Source: a virus | Lineage: Duplodnaviria; Caudoviricetes | Strand: one strand, 5' to 3' | IMG/VR virus record: IMGVR_UViG_3300028410_000013 | Span: 1-57,502 of that record | DNA: 57,502 nt | Shown here: piece after piece, positions 1 to 9,900 of the stretch | How the letters are laid out: each line of letters begins with the position of its first letter | Position numbering within the stretch: position 1 is the first letter of the stretch | Made by a program: the position numbers and the translations under genes | Notes under the pieces: generated by a model | The model's database searches: none | What the model saw: only the letters and a program-made list of their open reading frames with translations | Told to the model about the DNA's origin: nothing

Positions 1-333
1 AAGTGCGACTCGAAGGTACTGGAGCAAACCTCCTATTGCGTCAAGTGCAAAAAGAAGGTCAAGAAATCCTCTGGTAGTGACCTAGCGGACATGGTTATGC
101 CTAGCGCCGACGTCATGGATGCGGCTTACAAACTGGACGAGGGGAACCGGCAACTGCTTATGGACGTCTACGATGAGCTTCGGGAGCGTATCAGTGTTGA
201 TAGAGGAACCCTAGAGGCCCTGCATCGCCTTATGAACGTTGTCGGAGGGCACACACGTCGTCCCGACGACATCCGAAACCAACTCGCGAAAGCGGCTAAT
301 CAACTCGGCCTTAAAACCCCTCTCAGCTTCTAA
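1..333 (+). CDS. Partial hypothetical protein with N-terminal Cys (zinc-ribbon-like) segment; ORF is open off the window's 5' edge
   Basis: Frame 1 is open from base 1 (KCDSKVLEQTSYCVKCKKKVKK...) into the listed 91..333 ORF. Confidence 0.65.
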   Translation, partial: KCDSKVLEQTSYCVKCKKKVKKSSGSDLADMVMPSADVMDAAYKLDEGNRQLLMDVYDELRERISVDRGTLEALHRLMNVVGGHTRRPDDIRNQLAKAANQLGLKTPLSF

Positions 334-372
334 GGAAGATCGATCAATGTCTAAAGACCTAAGGAAAAAATC

Positions 373-471
373 ATGTCAGACCGGAAACTAAGAGCCAGCC
401 TCATCAAACTCGCCTACGAAAATCCCGAGCTTCGGGCTGATCTGCTCCCTCTTTTTATGGGGTGGGATTAA
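373..471 (+). CDS. 32-aa micro-ORF consisting almost entirely of the shared leader motif (MSDRKLRASLIKLAYENPELRADLLPLFMGWD)
   Basis: Translated by hand; AAGGA RBS upstream; same motif in ORFs 1666 and 42533; in frame with the 475 ORF across one TAA. Confidence 0.6.
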   Translation: MSDRKLRASLIKLAYENPELRADLLPLFMGWD

Positions 472-474
472 GCC

Positions 475-1650
475 TTGCCGAAACGAATCGACATAGACCC
501 CGGCGATCTGGCAGATGCTCTTTCGACCGGGGCCACCTATGACGAGATTGCAGAGACCTACGGGTGCTCTGCTTCAACGATTGCAAAACGAGTCAAAGAG
601 TATGGACTGGAAGCCGAGGCTTCTGACAGTGAGGGAAGTAAAATGAGTGAAGACAAGAAAGCAGCATTAGGAGTGGGCCTCGACATCGGCACGATGAACA
701 TCGTCGCTGCCCGGAAGGTAGATTCTAGCGTAGAGACGAAGCGCATCCGTGATGCGTTCCTCGACTTAGAAGCAGAGGCAAAGAAGATGCTCAATATGAG
801 TGGTGTGTCTTACATCGAGTACGAGGACAAAATCCTCATTCTGGGAGACCCCGCTATTGAGACTGCAAACCTCTTCAAGCGAGAGGCGCGCCGCCCCTTG
901 TCACAGGGTCTTATCTCAGCTTCTGAGATTGACGCCCTTGAGGTGCTTTCTATCTTGATTGAGAATGTGGTGGGTGAGCCTCAGGAAGACAATGAAGTCT
1001 GCTATTACTCTATCCCAGCCGCCCCACTCGATATGCCGGGCCAAGATGTTCTCTACCATGAGGCGGTCTTCGCCAAGATTCTAGAAGAGCTTGGGTACGA
1101 CGCTATCTCAGGTAATGAGGCGATGGCTATTGTTTACTCAGAGTGTGCCGCAGATCAATTCAGCGGCATCGGTATCTCATTCGGTAGCGGCATGGTCAAC
1201 TGTGCCCTCTCGTACATGACGATGCCTATCATGGAGTTCTCACTTGCCCGTGGCGGTGACTGGATTGACCGTAACGCTGCGAATGCAGTGGGTTCAACTG
1301 CCAGCCGCCTTTGCTCCATCAAAGAGAAAGGGCTAGACCTGACGCAGCCAAATAGTCGGGAAGAGGAAGCACTGGTCGTATACTACAAGAGCCTCATCAA
1401 GTATGCACTAGACAACATCTCCAAGAAGTTCAAAGAGACTCAGAATGACACGGAATTGCAGAAATCGATTCCCATTGTCGTCAGCGGGGGTACCTCCCTA
1501 GCAGGAGGCTTCCTCGATCTGTTCAAGGAAGTATTTGAGAAGCAGCGGAATCGTTTCCCAATCGAAATTAGTGAAATCCGGCAAGCCGAAGACCCTATGA
1601 CCTCTGTGGCTCAGGGCCTTTTAGTGCAGGCCATGCAAGAGTACATCTAA
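475..1650 (+). CDS. Actin-fold ATPase (volactin/FtsA/MreB-like) with N-terminal helix-turn-helix
   Basis: Actin motifs GLDIGTMN (phosphate 1), GISFGSG (phosphate 2), VSGGTS (adenosine); N-terminal GATYDEIAETYGCSASTIAKRVKEYGL is HTH-like; alternative ATG at 643 would omit the HTH. Confidence 0.85.
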   Translation: MPKRIDIDPGDLADALSTGATYDEIAETYGCSASTIAKRVKEYGLEAEASDSEGSKMSEDKKAALGVGLDIGTMNIVAARKVDSSVETKRIRDAFLDLEAEAKKMLNMSGVSYIEYEDKILILGDPAIETANLFKREARRPLSQGLISASEIDALEVLSILIENVVGEPQEDNEVCYYSIPAAPLDMPGQDVLYHEAVFAKILEELGYDAISGNEAMAIVYSECAADQFSGIGISFGSGMVNCALSYMTMPIMEFSLARGGDWIDRNAANAVGSTASRLCSIKEKGLDLTQPNSREEEALVVYYKSLIKYALDNISKKFKETQNDTELQKSIPIVVSGGTSLAGGFLDLFKEVFEKQRNRFPIEISEIRQAEDPMTSVAQGLLVQAMQEYI

Positions 1651-1665
1651 CAAAAGGCCCATATC

Positions 1666-2310
1666 ATGTCTGATCTAAAACAAGAACTTATCCGGCTCGG
1701 CTCAGTCCGCAAAGACTTACGCCCCCATATCCGCCCCTTACTGGAGAAGATGCAGACCCGCACAGCTGGTCTTAAGCATTGGGACCAGTGGGAGCAGGTA
1801 CGGGACATGCTCGGACCAGAGGAAGCCCTGATCAACGTCATGGGCTATGCTGGGGACAATAAGGTACGCGACCAGTTTGAGTACATGGCTCGCATGTGGG
1901 ACATTCCGGTGGAAGTTACCCGCCGTTCCCGCCCCGGCGACCTGATTGATGACTTCGAGCCGTATTTCCGAAACATGGAAAAGCTCGCAGACGAATTTGT
2001 CCAAGGCATGGAAGACCGCCTTATTGGTGGGGCAATCAAAGATATTGCCCGCCATTACGACATTCGGGTATCCAGCCGCACCGCCTACATCGAAGATGCG
2101 CGTGACGCCAATGAAGTGTTGGCACTGGTGGGTAAGAAGTGTGACGCTGCTATTAAAGACTTCAAGCGCATGGGCGATCGGTCCACTGCACGAGAAATTG
2201 AGCGGGCGTGGGACCAGTGGAAAGTAACGAAGTTAGCCGATATGGGAATTATTGGACGGCGACTTCGGGACCTTGCGGATGAGGCTCTTGCTTATCTCGA
2301 TAACCTCTGA
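1666..2310 (+). CDS. Hypothetical protein with leader motif and internal tandem duplication; putative virion internal protein
   Basis: Starts MSDLKQELIRLGSVRKDLRPHIRPLL; two RTA junctions; YMARMWDI/DIARHYDI repeat. Confidence 0.7.
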   Translation: MSDLKQELIRLGSVRKDLRPHIRPLLEKMQTRTAGLKHWDQWEQVRDMLGPEEALINVMGYAGDNKVRDQFEYMARMWDIPVEVTRRSRPGDLIDDFEPYFRNMEKLADEFVQGMEDRLIGGAIKDIARHYDIRVSSRTAYIEDARDANEVLALVGKKCDAAIKDFKRMGDRSTAREIERAWDQWKVTKLADMGIIGRRLRDLADEALAYLDNL

Positions 2311-2321
2311 GGGTAAAAAGC

Positions 2322-2859
2322 ATGTCCGACGTGAAAGAACAACTCATTAAGCTCCGATTGCAGCAAGGATAGGGCGGATATGCTTTTGCAAGCCACGTTG
2401 GGGCGGGGCAGTAAAGATGCTTTGCAAATCTTCTCAATGGGAGGTTGTGCAGGTCACCATCACAGCAGAGGGCAAGACCGTAAAGAAATGGACGGTTATG
2501 GACCGGACTCATTAACGGTTTCGTTCCTACCCGCAGGTGACCGATTTGATGCCTCTGCGAAAAGAAAAGATGTAGCACAGCAAGTCTACAAAGAGATGAA
2601 ACAACGCCTCTCTTCTACCCGACACGCAGCCGCACCTACGCTTCAAGCCTATCAAGCGCAGTCTTCTGAGGTTACGGATAGTCTGGGTAATGCCTTTAAT
2701 AGGGCCGCAACTTTGAAACAGATGTTCGACAATTGGGACGGTGAACTCCCTGCGGACCTTCAAAAGGTTTACCGTAACCTCTCCTCCGCTATGAACCAGA
2801 TTGCTGAGGCCAAGCAGACAGCCTACAACGTAGAAATGAAGCTCCGCCGCTACCGTTAA
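2322..2859 (+). pseudogene. Disrupted leader-tagged gene (MSDVKEQLIKL... then frameshift; C-terminal helical part intact in ORF 2380..2859)
   Basis: ATG 2322 after GAGG gives a leader-like start that stops early; downstream protein-like sequence is in other frames. Confidence 0.5.
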
Positions 2860-2875
2860 CCTTGAATGATCATGT

Positions 2876-4657
2876 ATGTACAAATACCTAACCAGAGCAG
2901 TCAAGAAGCGGATCATGGAGACTCTACGATTCTGCTTCGACGCCAATCCTCAGCACAGGGATGTGGTTGACCATATTCGTGAGAAGTACAGCTTCGACGA
3001 AAGGCCGCAGAAGGGTATTGTCATTCAAGGTGCTTCGGCCTCCCCACAGTCTCTGTCCTCCGACAACTATATCGGGTCACTTTACTCCTATTTGATGCTA
3101 GCCAAGGTAGACGACTACCGGGGGACAGCACTTGAGTGGGTACGGGAGGATGATACTGCTATACGGGCCAACGGTAACGTGTTTCCCTCGGAGCCGGGCG
3201 TCTATTACGTCCAAGTAGAAGAGGTGGAGCTAGCCGGTGAGGTGAATGAGTTTCAGTTCTATGTTGACCCCCTGCTCACTATCCGGCAAGAGCCAATCAT
3301 TCAATTCCAGACGGGCACCGAACAGAATGCTATTCTGACTCACGCCCCGGTGCTGGAAAACAGTGTAAGGCTCTACGAGTACCCCAACCAGCCTTTATTC
3401 ACGGGGACCGCTATCACATTAACAGCCGATGAGTCTTTGGAACTAGGCGGCTCTGGTACGCATGTGGCACTTGGTCTTCCTACGGGGCAGATACCTGTAA
3501 CCGTCACAGGGTCGAATACTCAGCCCTTCACGGTGACCAGCGGGACAGATGATGTTCTATCTTTTGAGCTTAACGGCACGGCAGTGTCCGTGACCTTCAC
3601 GGCAGGGACAGGGATTCTGGCAGACGACATCGCTTTGGAAATTGAAGCCGCGATTATCGCTGCCGGAGTGGATGGGCTGACCTATTCGGTAGGTGTGTCC
3701 AGTGGTGCTGTGTCGATAGATGCCGATGTTTCTTTGTCTTTTGACGCTGACCTAACCTCGACGGCCAACCCACTGCTAGGCTTTACGGAAGGCTTTGTGC
3801 CGGTGTCCGTGACGGGCCTTATGGTAGAGCCGACTGTCCCCTCTAGCGCAACCTTTAAGGCTGTGGTGGACGGGGTAGACCGGGAAATAGCTCTTTTAGA
3901 AGGCAATCAGGCGGTCACAGAAATTGCTAACCAGATATTGACTGGCTTTTCCACTACTTCTCTGGGCGTATCGACCGGCGACGCAGGCGATTACTCCTTT
4001 GACCCGCAGACTGGAGAGATAACGTGGCTTCGGACATTTGTTCCGGGCACGCAAGTTCTTGCAGACTACCGTTATCCCGTAGCTACCCGTGGACCTTATC
4101 CTATCGGAGTAGGGGAGGTCGCTAACAATGAAGCCATCCCCGGCGCTGTCCTCGCTTTCGGAAAGGAACTGGAAGACCAAGACGTTATGGCGGTGGTAGT
4201 AGAGGGTACCCGTTCGGAGGTAGCAGATGCCTATGGAGGCAAGTTCAACGTTTCCTTAGACATTGACATCATTGCACGGGATTCGATGACTCGTAGCGAG
4301 ATGGCGGACCTCATTGTGATGTACCTCTGGCAGTGGCGTAGAGAGAGACTGGCAGAAGAGGGTATCATCATCGAGGACGCATCCTTCGGCGGCGAGTCCG
4401 AGGAACCATACGACGAGACTGGAGACGACTATTACTATATGGGCAACGTGTCGCTGACGCTTCTAACTGATTGGGAGATATTGATTGCCCGGCCTCTCTA
4501 TATCACAAGGGTAACGCCGTACAGCTTCGACCAAGATGCACAGGTGGCCGCAGCGCAGGATGGCATCCTTTTGGATAGCCCAGACGGGTTTGAGTTTAGT
4601 GACGCAGCTACCATCTACCGGGTTGACCCGTTAGGTGGTTTTGAGAAGCTGAGATAA
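2876..4657 (+). CDS. Phage neck/tail-completion-like structural protein with inserted repeated beta-domains
   Basis: Lies upstream of the sheath; C-terminal FNVSLDIDIIARD...YYMGNVSLTL resembles tail-terminator fold; central inserts match repeats in the sheath. Confidence 0.6.
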   Translation: MYKYLTRAVKKRIMETLRFCFDANPQHRDVVDHIREKYSFDERPQKGIVIQGASASPQSLSSDNYIGSLYSYLMLAKVDDYRGTALEWVREDDTAIRANGNVFPSEPGVYYVQVEEVELAGEVNEFQFYVDPLLTIRQEPIIQFQTGTEQNAILTHAPVLENSVRLYEYPNQPLFTGTAITLTADESLELGGSGTHVALGLPTGQIPVTVTGSNTQPFTVTSGTDDVLSFELNGTAVSVTFTAGTGILADDIALEIEAAIIAAGVDGLTYSVGVSSGAVSIDADVSLSFDADLTSTANPLLGFTEGFVPVSVTGLMVEPTVPSSATFKAVVDGVDREIALLEGNQAVTEIANQILTGFSTTSLGVSTGDAGDYSFDPQTGEITWLRTFVPGTQVLADYRYPVATRGPYPIGVGEVANNEAIPGAVLAFGKELEDQDVMAVVVEGTRSEVADAYGGKFNVSLDIDIIARDSMTRSEMADLIVMYLWQWRRERLAEEGIIIEDASFGGESEEPYDETGDDYYYMGNVSLTLLTDWEILIARPLYITRVTPYSFDQDAQVAAAQDGILLDSPDGFEFSDAATIYRVDPLGGFEKLR

Positions 4658-4708
4658 TTTGGCATCTCGGTTAAGTGTTTATATCGAATTGGAAGTAGAG
4701 GTTTAGGC

Positions 4709-5131
4709 ATGGCAGTACACGTATATGGCTGTAGTGCATGTGGTCTTCAAGAGGAGAAGCTGTACCGCAAAGAAGCCCCGCCATCTATTTCGTGCCCCGC
4801 ATGTGGTAAGGAAGCCCCGAAGATGATTTCAGATTTCGGCTTCGTATTTGCGGACGGAAAGGTACCGGGAAACACAGGTGTAGACTCACTTGATAAGGAT
4901 CATGATAAACGAATCGGTCGTGACGCTCAGAGTCGCTGGGAGTACATCAAAGACCGAAACAGTCGTAAGAGACAAGTTCAGCAAGATCATGGGGACGTCG
5001 GCAAGGTGCCGTTGCGTCTCAACAAAGAAGGCGAATATGAACCAATGCCAAAAGAAGATGTGCAGAGGTTCCGCAGGCTCCATCAGCAAAACGCTGAGGC
5101 GATTGCGCAAACAGAAGCATCCGAAGATTGA
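4709..5131 (+). CDS. FmdB-like zinc-ribbon protein
   Basis: YGCSACG...CPACG pattern at N-terminus. Confidence 0.75.
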   Translation: MAVHVYGCSACGLQEEKLYRKEAPPSISCPACGKEAPKMISDFGFVFADGKVPGNTGVDSLDKDHDKRIGRDAQSRWEYIKDRNSRKRQVQQDHGDVGKVPLRLNKEGEYEPMPKEDVQRFRRLHQQNAEAIAQTEASED

Positions 5132-5203
5132 TTCGGTAATTCATTGATATTCGTCTTCATTGACTGATCGCATTCATAGCAGCGATAAAACGCGAGGTTC
5201 GTC

Positions 5204-8200
5204 GTGGCATTTGGACCATTTGATAGTTACGCTCCCCCCGGAGCATACACAAAAACTAAAGTCCGTCAGGACACTTCTGGACCTCCTACTGGAAACCGTA
5301 TCCCGGTTCTGGTTGGAGTAGGTCGGGAGACTCTTGCACAAGAGGACTCTGAACTAGTCCGGGGATCTTCATCCTCAGTGGATCAACGAATTGTTAATGA
5401 GGACATGAACGATAGGTTCATCCTCGACAACTCGAACCCTGATAACCCTATTCTGGGTACAAAGACCGGTGCGGAAGCTCGGTTCCGTGTTCAGAACTTC
5501 CCCATCGTCGCAGGTGACGGTCGTGGTCAGACGACTACCGACCTGAATGATGTGACGGTAACTGTTGATGGCGATCTGGTATCTCCCGCCGCTGTTGATG
5601 GTGCACGGGGTGTTATCACGTTGCAAGTTGCTCCTGAGGAAGGTGCGGACGTTCGCATCACCTATTTCTTCAATCGCACGGACACGTCTTTCACCGATGA
5701 CGTTTCGGATCAGGTCACTGATGAGCAGGCTATCCTGCTTTCGACGCAGGTGGAGACCTACGAGATTGTCTCAGGGGCGAATGTTCTTTCGCTCAATGTG
5801 GACGGTTCCGACGTGAGCATTACCCTTAATACGGGCGCTGCTCGGACAGCCAATAACGTGGCCAACGATATCAACGCTGCCGCTGTGGTGGGACTTACCG
5901 CCTCTGTGGACGCTGATAATCAAGGACAGAATCGCATTCAGTTGGCTTCGGACGGGTCGCTTACGGTCCTTTCCGGTACTGCCAACGCTGCGCTTGGCTT
6001 TGCAGCGGGTCAGACCTTAAATAGAAGACGACGGTTCTTCACTTACCAAGCTCCTATTGTAACGGGAGACAACGGCGGTATCACCACGACGAACCCCGCC
6101 GATGTGACGGTAACTGTTGATGGTACCGAAGCCACCGTTGAAGAAGTGGATGGTACCAACGGATCGGTTCTCCTCGCACAGGCTCCTCTCGTAGGATCGG
6201 AAGTTGTTGTTACTTACTTCCACAACACATGGCAAAATACGTTCGACTACCTGCCTAATACCGGTATCGAAAGCGTCCAGCGTGTGGGAATTAGCCCCGG
6301 TCGAACTGACTACATCGAGGGCAACGATTACGTTGTTGACTCGAATGGTCGTATTATCTGGGGCAACGCTGTCACTGTAGAGTCGGCCCAGCATACCGCT
6401 GGTACCGAATTCTTCGATGACACACAGATCACTGCTTCGCTTCGTGATGACCGCATCTTCTTTGAGGCGGTTGAAAAGCTCGTCGAACGGTCGGTGTCTC
6501 CAGCACAAGAATCGGATACCACTGTCGTTCTCGGTAACGTGCCGACAGTAGGAAACGGAAGCAACACGCCTCTGGATTCGGCTCTGTTCGCATCTCTATC
6601 AAATGATAGAGTGAGTCTGGGGACTCACCGCGCGGATCTGGTACTCGTCTATCACGGCTCCAATCTTTCTGAGGCTATGGCTGAGGGTCCGGTTGAAGTT
6701 GTAGACGTGAACCCGGTTAACCGTCAGGTTACGGTTGCAGACGCAATCCCGCCTGACCATAACGTATGGGCCACTTACTGGTACAACCGCCTCGCAGACG
6801 ACGAACTCACTTTTGAAGTGCTCTCGCAGTCTATACCGGGCGTAGCAGGCCAGTACAGCATTCTGTCTTCCCGCTTGGGTGAGCAGATGCTCGGCGTAAG
6901 CTTCGGCACTACAGGCGTATCTGAGACTATCCAGTGGCCTTCTGGAGTAGAGTCCAACCCTGATGCTTTCCTTACGGGAGCTTCGGGGGTTAATGAAGTG
7001 GTGACCATCACGTTCACCTCTGAGGGTGCTACCCCAGCCGTGTATACGAACTTCGAGACCGACCCGTACTCCTTGTACGCTAATGCCTCGGACACTCTCT
7101 ATGTGAACGTCAGCAGTAACGACCTTACTGTGGACCTCAATCAGAGCGCCTTTGCTGTCATTGTCTCGGATTCCGATGCAGACGGCCTTTACACTGTAGC
7201 TACGGGCACAAACGACAGCTTTGAGTTTGAAGTAGACGGCACTGCTTACACCACGACCTTCACGGCTGGTGCAGGCATTGCAGGTGCTACACTTGCAGAA
7301 GAAATCTGGAGAACGGTACCGACCACGGCTGTGGTTGATGGTACGGCTCAGGATACTGCTAACGGCGGCGCAGACTTTGTGATTGCAGGCTCTACAACAT
7401 ACAGTGTTGAACTTAACGGCACGACGTACACAGAAGCTGATACAGCACTGGTCGGTGGCACATACGACGCAGCCGCAGCCGCAAGCGCCATTGAAACGGC
7501 TCTCGCTACTGCCTCTGGCCTGACCGCCGGTGATCTGAGCGTAGTAGGTAACGACTTTAATGTCGTCGCCAATGCCGATGGTACTGTGAGCATACAGGCT
7601 ACGGACTCGGTGACGGTAAACACGACGGTCAATGGTGGGGATGAGCTTGATACGATCATCGGGTTTTCACCTCTTGATACACAACAGGTCAACACCAAAG
7701 TCGCACTGTACTCCAACAACCGATTCCTGCTTCGTTCCAAGGTGGAACCTGCCGGACCGGGAGATGTTAGTGAGGTACGCACGCTTGACGGGTCGGCTAA
7801 CGACCTCATCGGGTTCGCAAACTTCCAGACAGCAACGGGTACAGAAGCCGCAGTCAACAAGCCTGCAACACTTCTCAGCGGTGCAATTAGCTCCGCCGAC
7901 ATCGCCTCTCTTGACGCTTCCTCAGATTCGTTTGTGGTCGCAGTTGATGGCGTAGAGTACACCGTACCTTACGATGGTGTGTCTGTTTCTTCGGTTGCCG
8001 ACATTGCCACAGAGATTGACGGTATTATTTCAGGGACCGCAGTAGTGGAGGACACGGATAAGATTCGTATCACATCCAGTGTTTCCACCACCGCTTCTCG
8101 GATTGAAGTCCGCAACGGTTCTGCGAACCAGTACGTTGGCTTTGATAACGGGGATGCCGCTTCTCAGCGTCAGGTTACAGTTGAAGAGGTGGTCGCTGTT

Positions 8201-9784
8201 CTTAACAGCGAAGCTGCTTCGGACTGGTATGCTCCGGCCTCAGGCACAGACTTCATCGCTTCGGCCTTCGCTGAAGCTTACGAAGTTACAGGTGAGGGTA
8301 CCTACCTCCGCCTCACGACCTTCGGCACTGGCGCTACAGAATCCTTCACGTTCTCGACGGGAGCGGATTCGGCCCTTAATGATACAGGCATCGGCATCGA
8401 GGCAGGTGATACTGCCGCAGGAACCGCTGTCATGGACGGCTTCACAGTAAGCTCAGACCGAGGAGCCGAAGGTTCCGCAGGTACGGGTATTGTAGGCCAG
8501 ACATACACCGATGACACTACAGGGCTTCGTTTCACGATCCTCGAAGCCTCTGGTGGTGACTACACCGATACACAGAGTTTCACGCTCTTGGTATCGGACA
8601 CGTTCGAGACTGGCGTATCTAACGTCGTTCGGGCGGTTCCGGGAGCCGAGATCAGTGTCTCGAATACTACTGACATCGGTGTCGGGGACACGGCACTCGT
8701 CCAGACGTACAATCAGTCTGGTTCGGAGCCGGGGATTGGTGATTTCTACTATATCACCTACGAGTATGAGAAGACAGACTTCACCGCTTCTCTATTCACT
8801 CGCTTCCGTGATATTCAGTCCAACTTCGGTACACTGTCGGCTGAGAATCCTCTGACACTGGCATCGTTCCTGACATTCCTTAACGGCGCTGCCGTTGTAG
8901 GTATCAAGCAGGTGGAGAAGCAGACTGGCTTCGGTCAGGCGTCTTCTCAGGCGTACTTAGATGCTCTCCAAGAGCTTGCCCGCCCTCTGGCTGGTGGAGC
9001 TACACCGGACCTTCTGGTACCGCTTACAACAGATCCCTCAGTGTTGGGGGCTTATGTCCGCCATGCTGAGATTCAGTCGTCACAACGCTTCCGACAGGAA
9101 AGACGCTGCATCTTCGGTGTAGCATCGGGCACACGCCCAGATGACGCGGCAGCAATCGCTCAGGGTCTTAACTCTAAGCGTGCTATCGTAGTCTACCCCG
9201 ACAGTGCGATTGTCACGCTCTCCAACGAGCTTGGTGATGAAGAGAACTTCATTGTCGACGGAACCTACATCGCCGCAGCACTTTCCGGTGTATTGGTAAG
9301 TCCTCAGTTTGACGTGGCAACACCTCTGACTCGACGACGCATTACAGGTTTCCGCCGCCTTAACCGCAGCCTTGACGAGGTGGAGAAAAACCGTCTCGCT
9401 GTTGCGGGTGTCACGGTCCTTGAAGATCGTGGAACCTTCTTGCAGGTGCGTGATGGTCTGACAACAAATGTCAGCAACCGTTTCACGTCCACGCCTTCCA
9501 TTGTTGCAATCGAAGATTTCGTACAGCAACAGACACGAGCAACATTGGACCGGTTTATCGGTCTTAAGTTCCTCACGTCAAGGTCGCAGGATGTCGAGGC
9601 AGCACTGAGTGGTCTTCTCAACGCCCTTGTGGAGCAGCAAATCATTGTGGACTTCCAAGGTGTTCGAGCAGAGCCGGATCAGACTGACCCGACTACACTT
9701 CGGGTGAGTGCTTTCTACGCACCGGTATTCCCGCTCAAGTACATCCCGGTCACCTACACGATTGGGGTCAGCGGTTCGCTTTGA
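5204..9784 (+). CDS. Contractile tail sheath protein, greatly enlarged by inserted domains
   Basis: N-terminal YAPPGAYT (PGVY-like) and C-terminal sheath domain (LDRFIG...AFYAPVFPLKYIPVTY); very acidic, Thr/Gly/Ala-rich inserts. Confidence 0.9.
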   Translation: MAFGPFDSYAPPGAYTKTKVRQDTSGPPTGNRIPVLVGVGRETLAQEDSELVRGSSSSVDQRIVNEDMNDRFILDNSNPDNPILGTKTGAEARFRVQNFPIVAGDGRGQTTTDLNDVTVTVDGDLVSPAAVDGARGVITLQVAPEEGADVRITYFFNRTDTSFTDDVSDQVTDEQAILLSTQVETYEIVSGANVLSLNVDGSDVSITLNTGAARTANNVANDINAAAVVGLTASVDADNQGQNRIQLASDGSLTVLSGTANAALGFAAGQTLNRRRRFFTYQAPIVTGDNGGITTTNPADVTVTVDGTEATVEEVDGTNGSVLLAQAPLVGSEVVVTYFHNTWQNTFDYLPNTGIESVQRVGISPGRTDYIEGNDYVVDSNGRIIWGNAVTVESAQHTAGTEFFDDTQITASLRDDRIFFEAVEKLVERSVSPAQESDTTVVLGNVPTVGNGSNTPLDSALFASLSNDRVSLGTHRADLVLVYHGSNLSEAMAEGPVEVVDVNPVNRQVTVADAIPPDHNVWATYWYNRLADDELTFEVLSQSIPGVAGQYSILSSRLGEQMLGVSFGTTGVSETIQWPSGVESNPDAFLTGASGVNEVVTITFTSEGATPAVYTNFETDPYSLYANASDTLYVNVSSNDLTVDLNQSAFAVIVSDSDADGLYTVATGTNDSFEFEVDGTAYTTTFTAGAGIAGATLAEEIWRTVPTTAVVDGTAQDTANGGADFVIAGSTTYSVELNGTTYTEADTALVGGTYDAAAAASAIETALATASGLTAGDLSVVGNDFNVVANADGTVSIQATDSVTVNTTVNGGDELDTIIGFSPLDTQQVNTKVALYSNNRFLLRSKVEPAGPGDVSEVRTLDGSANDLIGFANFQTATGTEAAVNKPATLLSGAISSADIASLDASSDSFVVAVDGVEYTVPYDGVSVSSVADIATEIDGIISGTAVVEDTDKIRITSSVSTTASRIEVRNGSANQYVGFDNGDAASQRQVTVEEVVAVLNSEAASDWYAPASGTDFIASAFAEAYEVTGEGTYLRLTTFGTGATESFTFSTGADSALNDTGIGIEAGDTAAGTAVMDGFTVSSDRGAEGSAGTGIVGQTYTDDTTGLRFTILEASGGDYTDTQSFTLLVSDTFETGVSNVVRAVPGAEISVSNTTDIGVGDTALVQTYNQSGSEPGIGDFYYITYEYEKTDFTASLFTRFRDIQSNFGTLSAENPLTLASFLTFLNGAAVVGIKQVEKQTGFGQASSQAYLDALQELARPLAGGATPDLLVPLTTDPSVLGAYVRHAEIQSSQRFRQERRCIFGVASGTRPDDAAAIAQGLNSKRAIVVYPDSAIVTLSNELGDEENFIVDGTYIAAALSGVLVSPQFDVATPLTRRRITGFRRLNRSLDEVEKNRLAVAGVTVLEDRGTFLQVRDGLTTNVSNRFTSTPSIVAIEDFVQQQTRATLDRFIGLKFLTSRSQDVEAALSGLLNALVEQQIIVDFQGVRAEPDQTDPTTLRVSAFYAPVFPLKYIPVTYTIGVSGSL

Positions 9785-9823
9785 ATGGATAGGAAACACT
9801 AAAGCCTTGAATGGATAGTGGGT

Positions 9824-9862
9824 AAAGCCCCCGGAGCCTGTTTGCTCCGGGGGCTTTCTTTT
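9824..9862 (+). terminator. Rho-independent terminator after sheath
   Basis: AAAGCCCCCGGAGC-ctgttt-GCTCCGGGGGCTTT followed by T tract. Confidence 0.9.
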
Positions 9863-9864
9863 GG

Positions 9865-9893
9865 TTGACCCGTAGCGAGGGGTTGGTTACTAT
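9865..9893 (+). promoter_or_regulatory. sigma70-type promoter
   Basis: TTGACC-17 nt-TACTAT. Confidence 0.7.
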
Positions 9894-9900
9894 CACCTCT

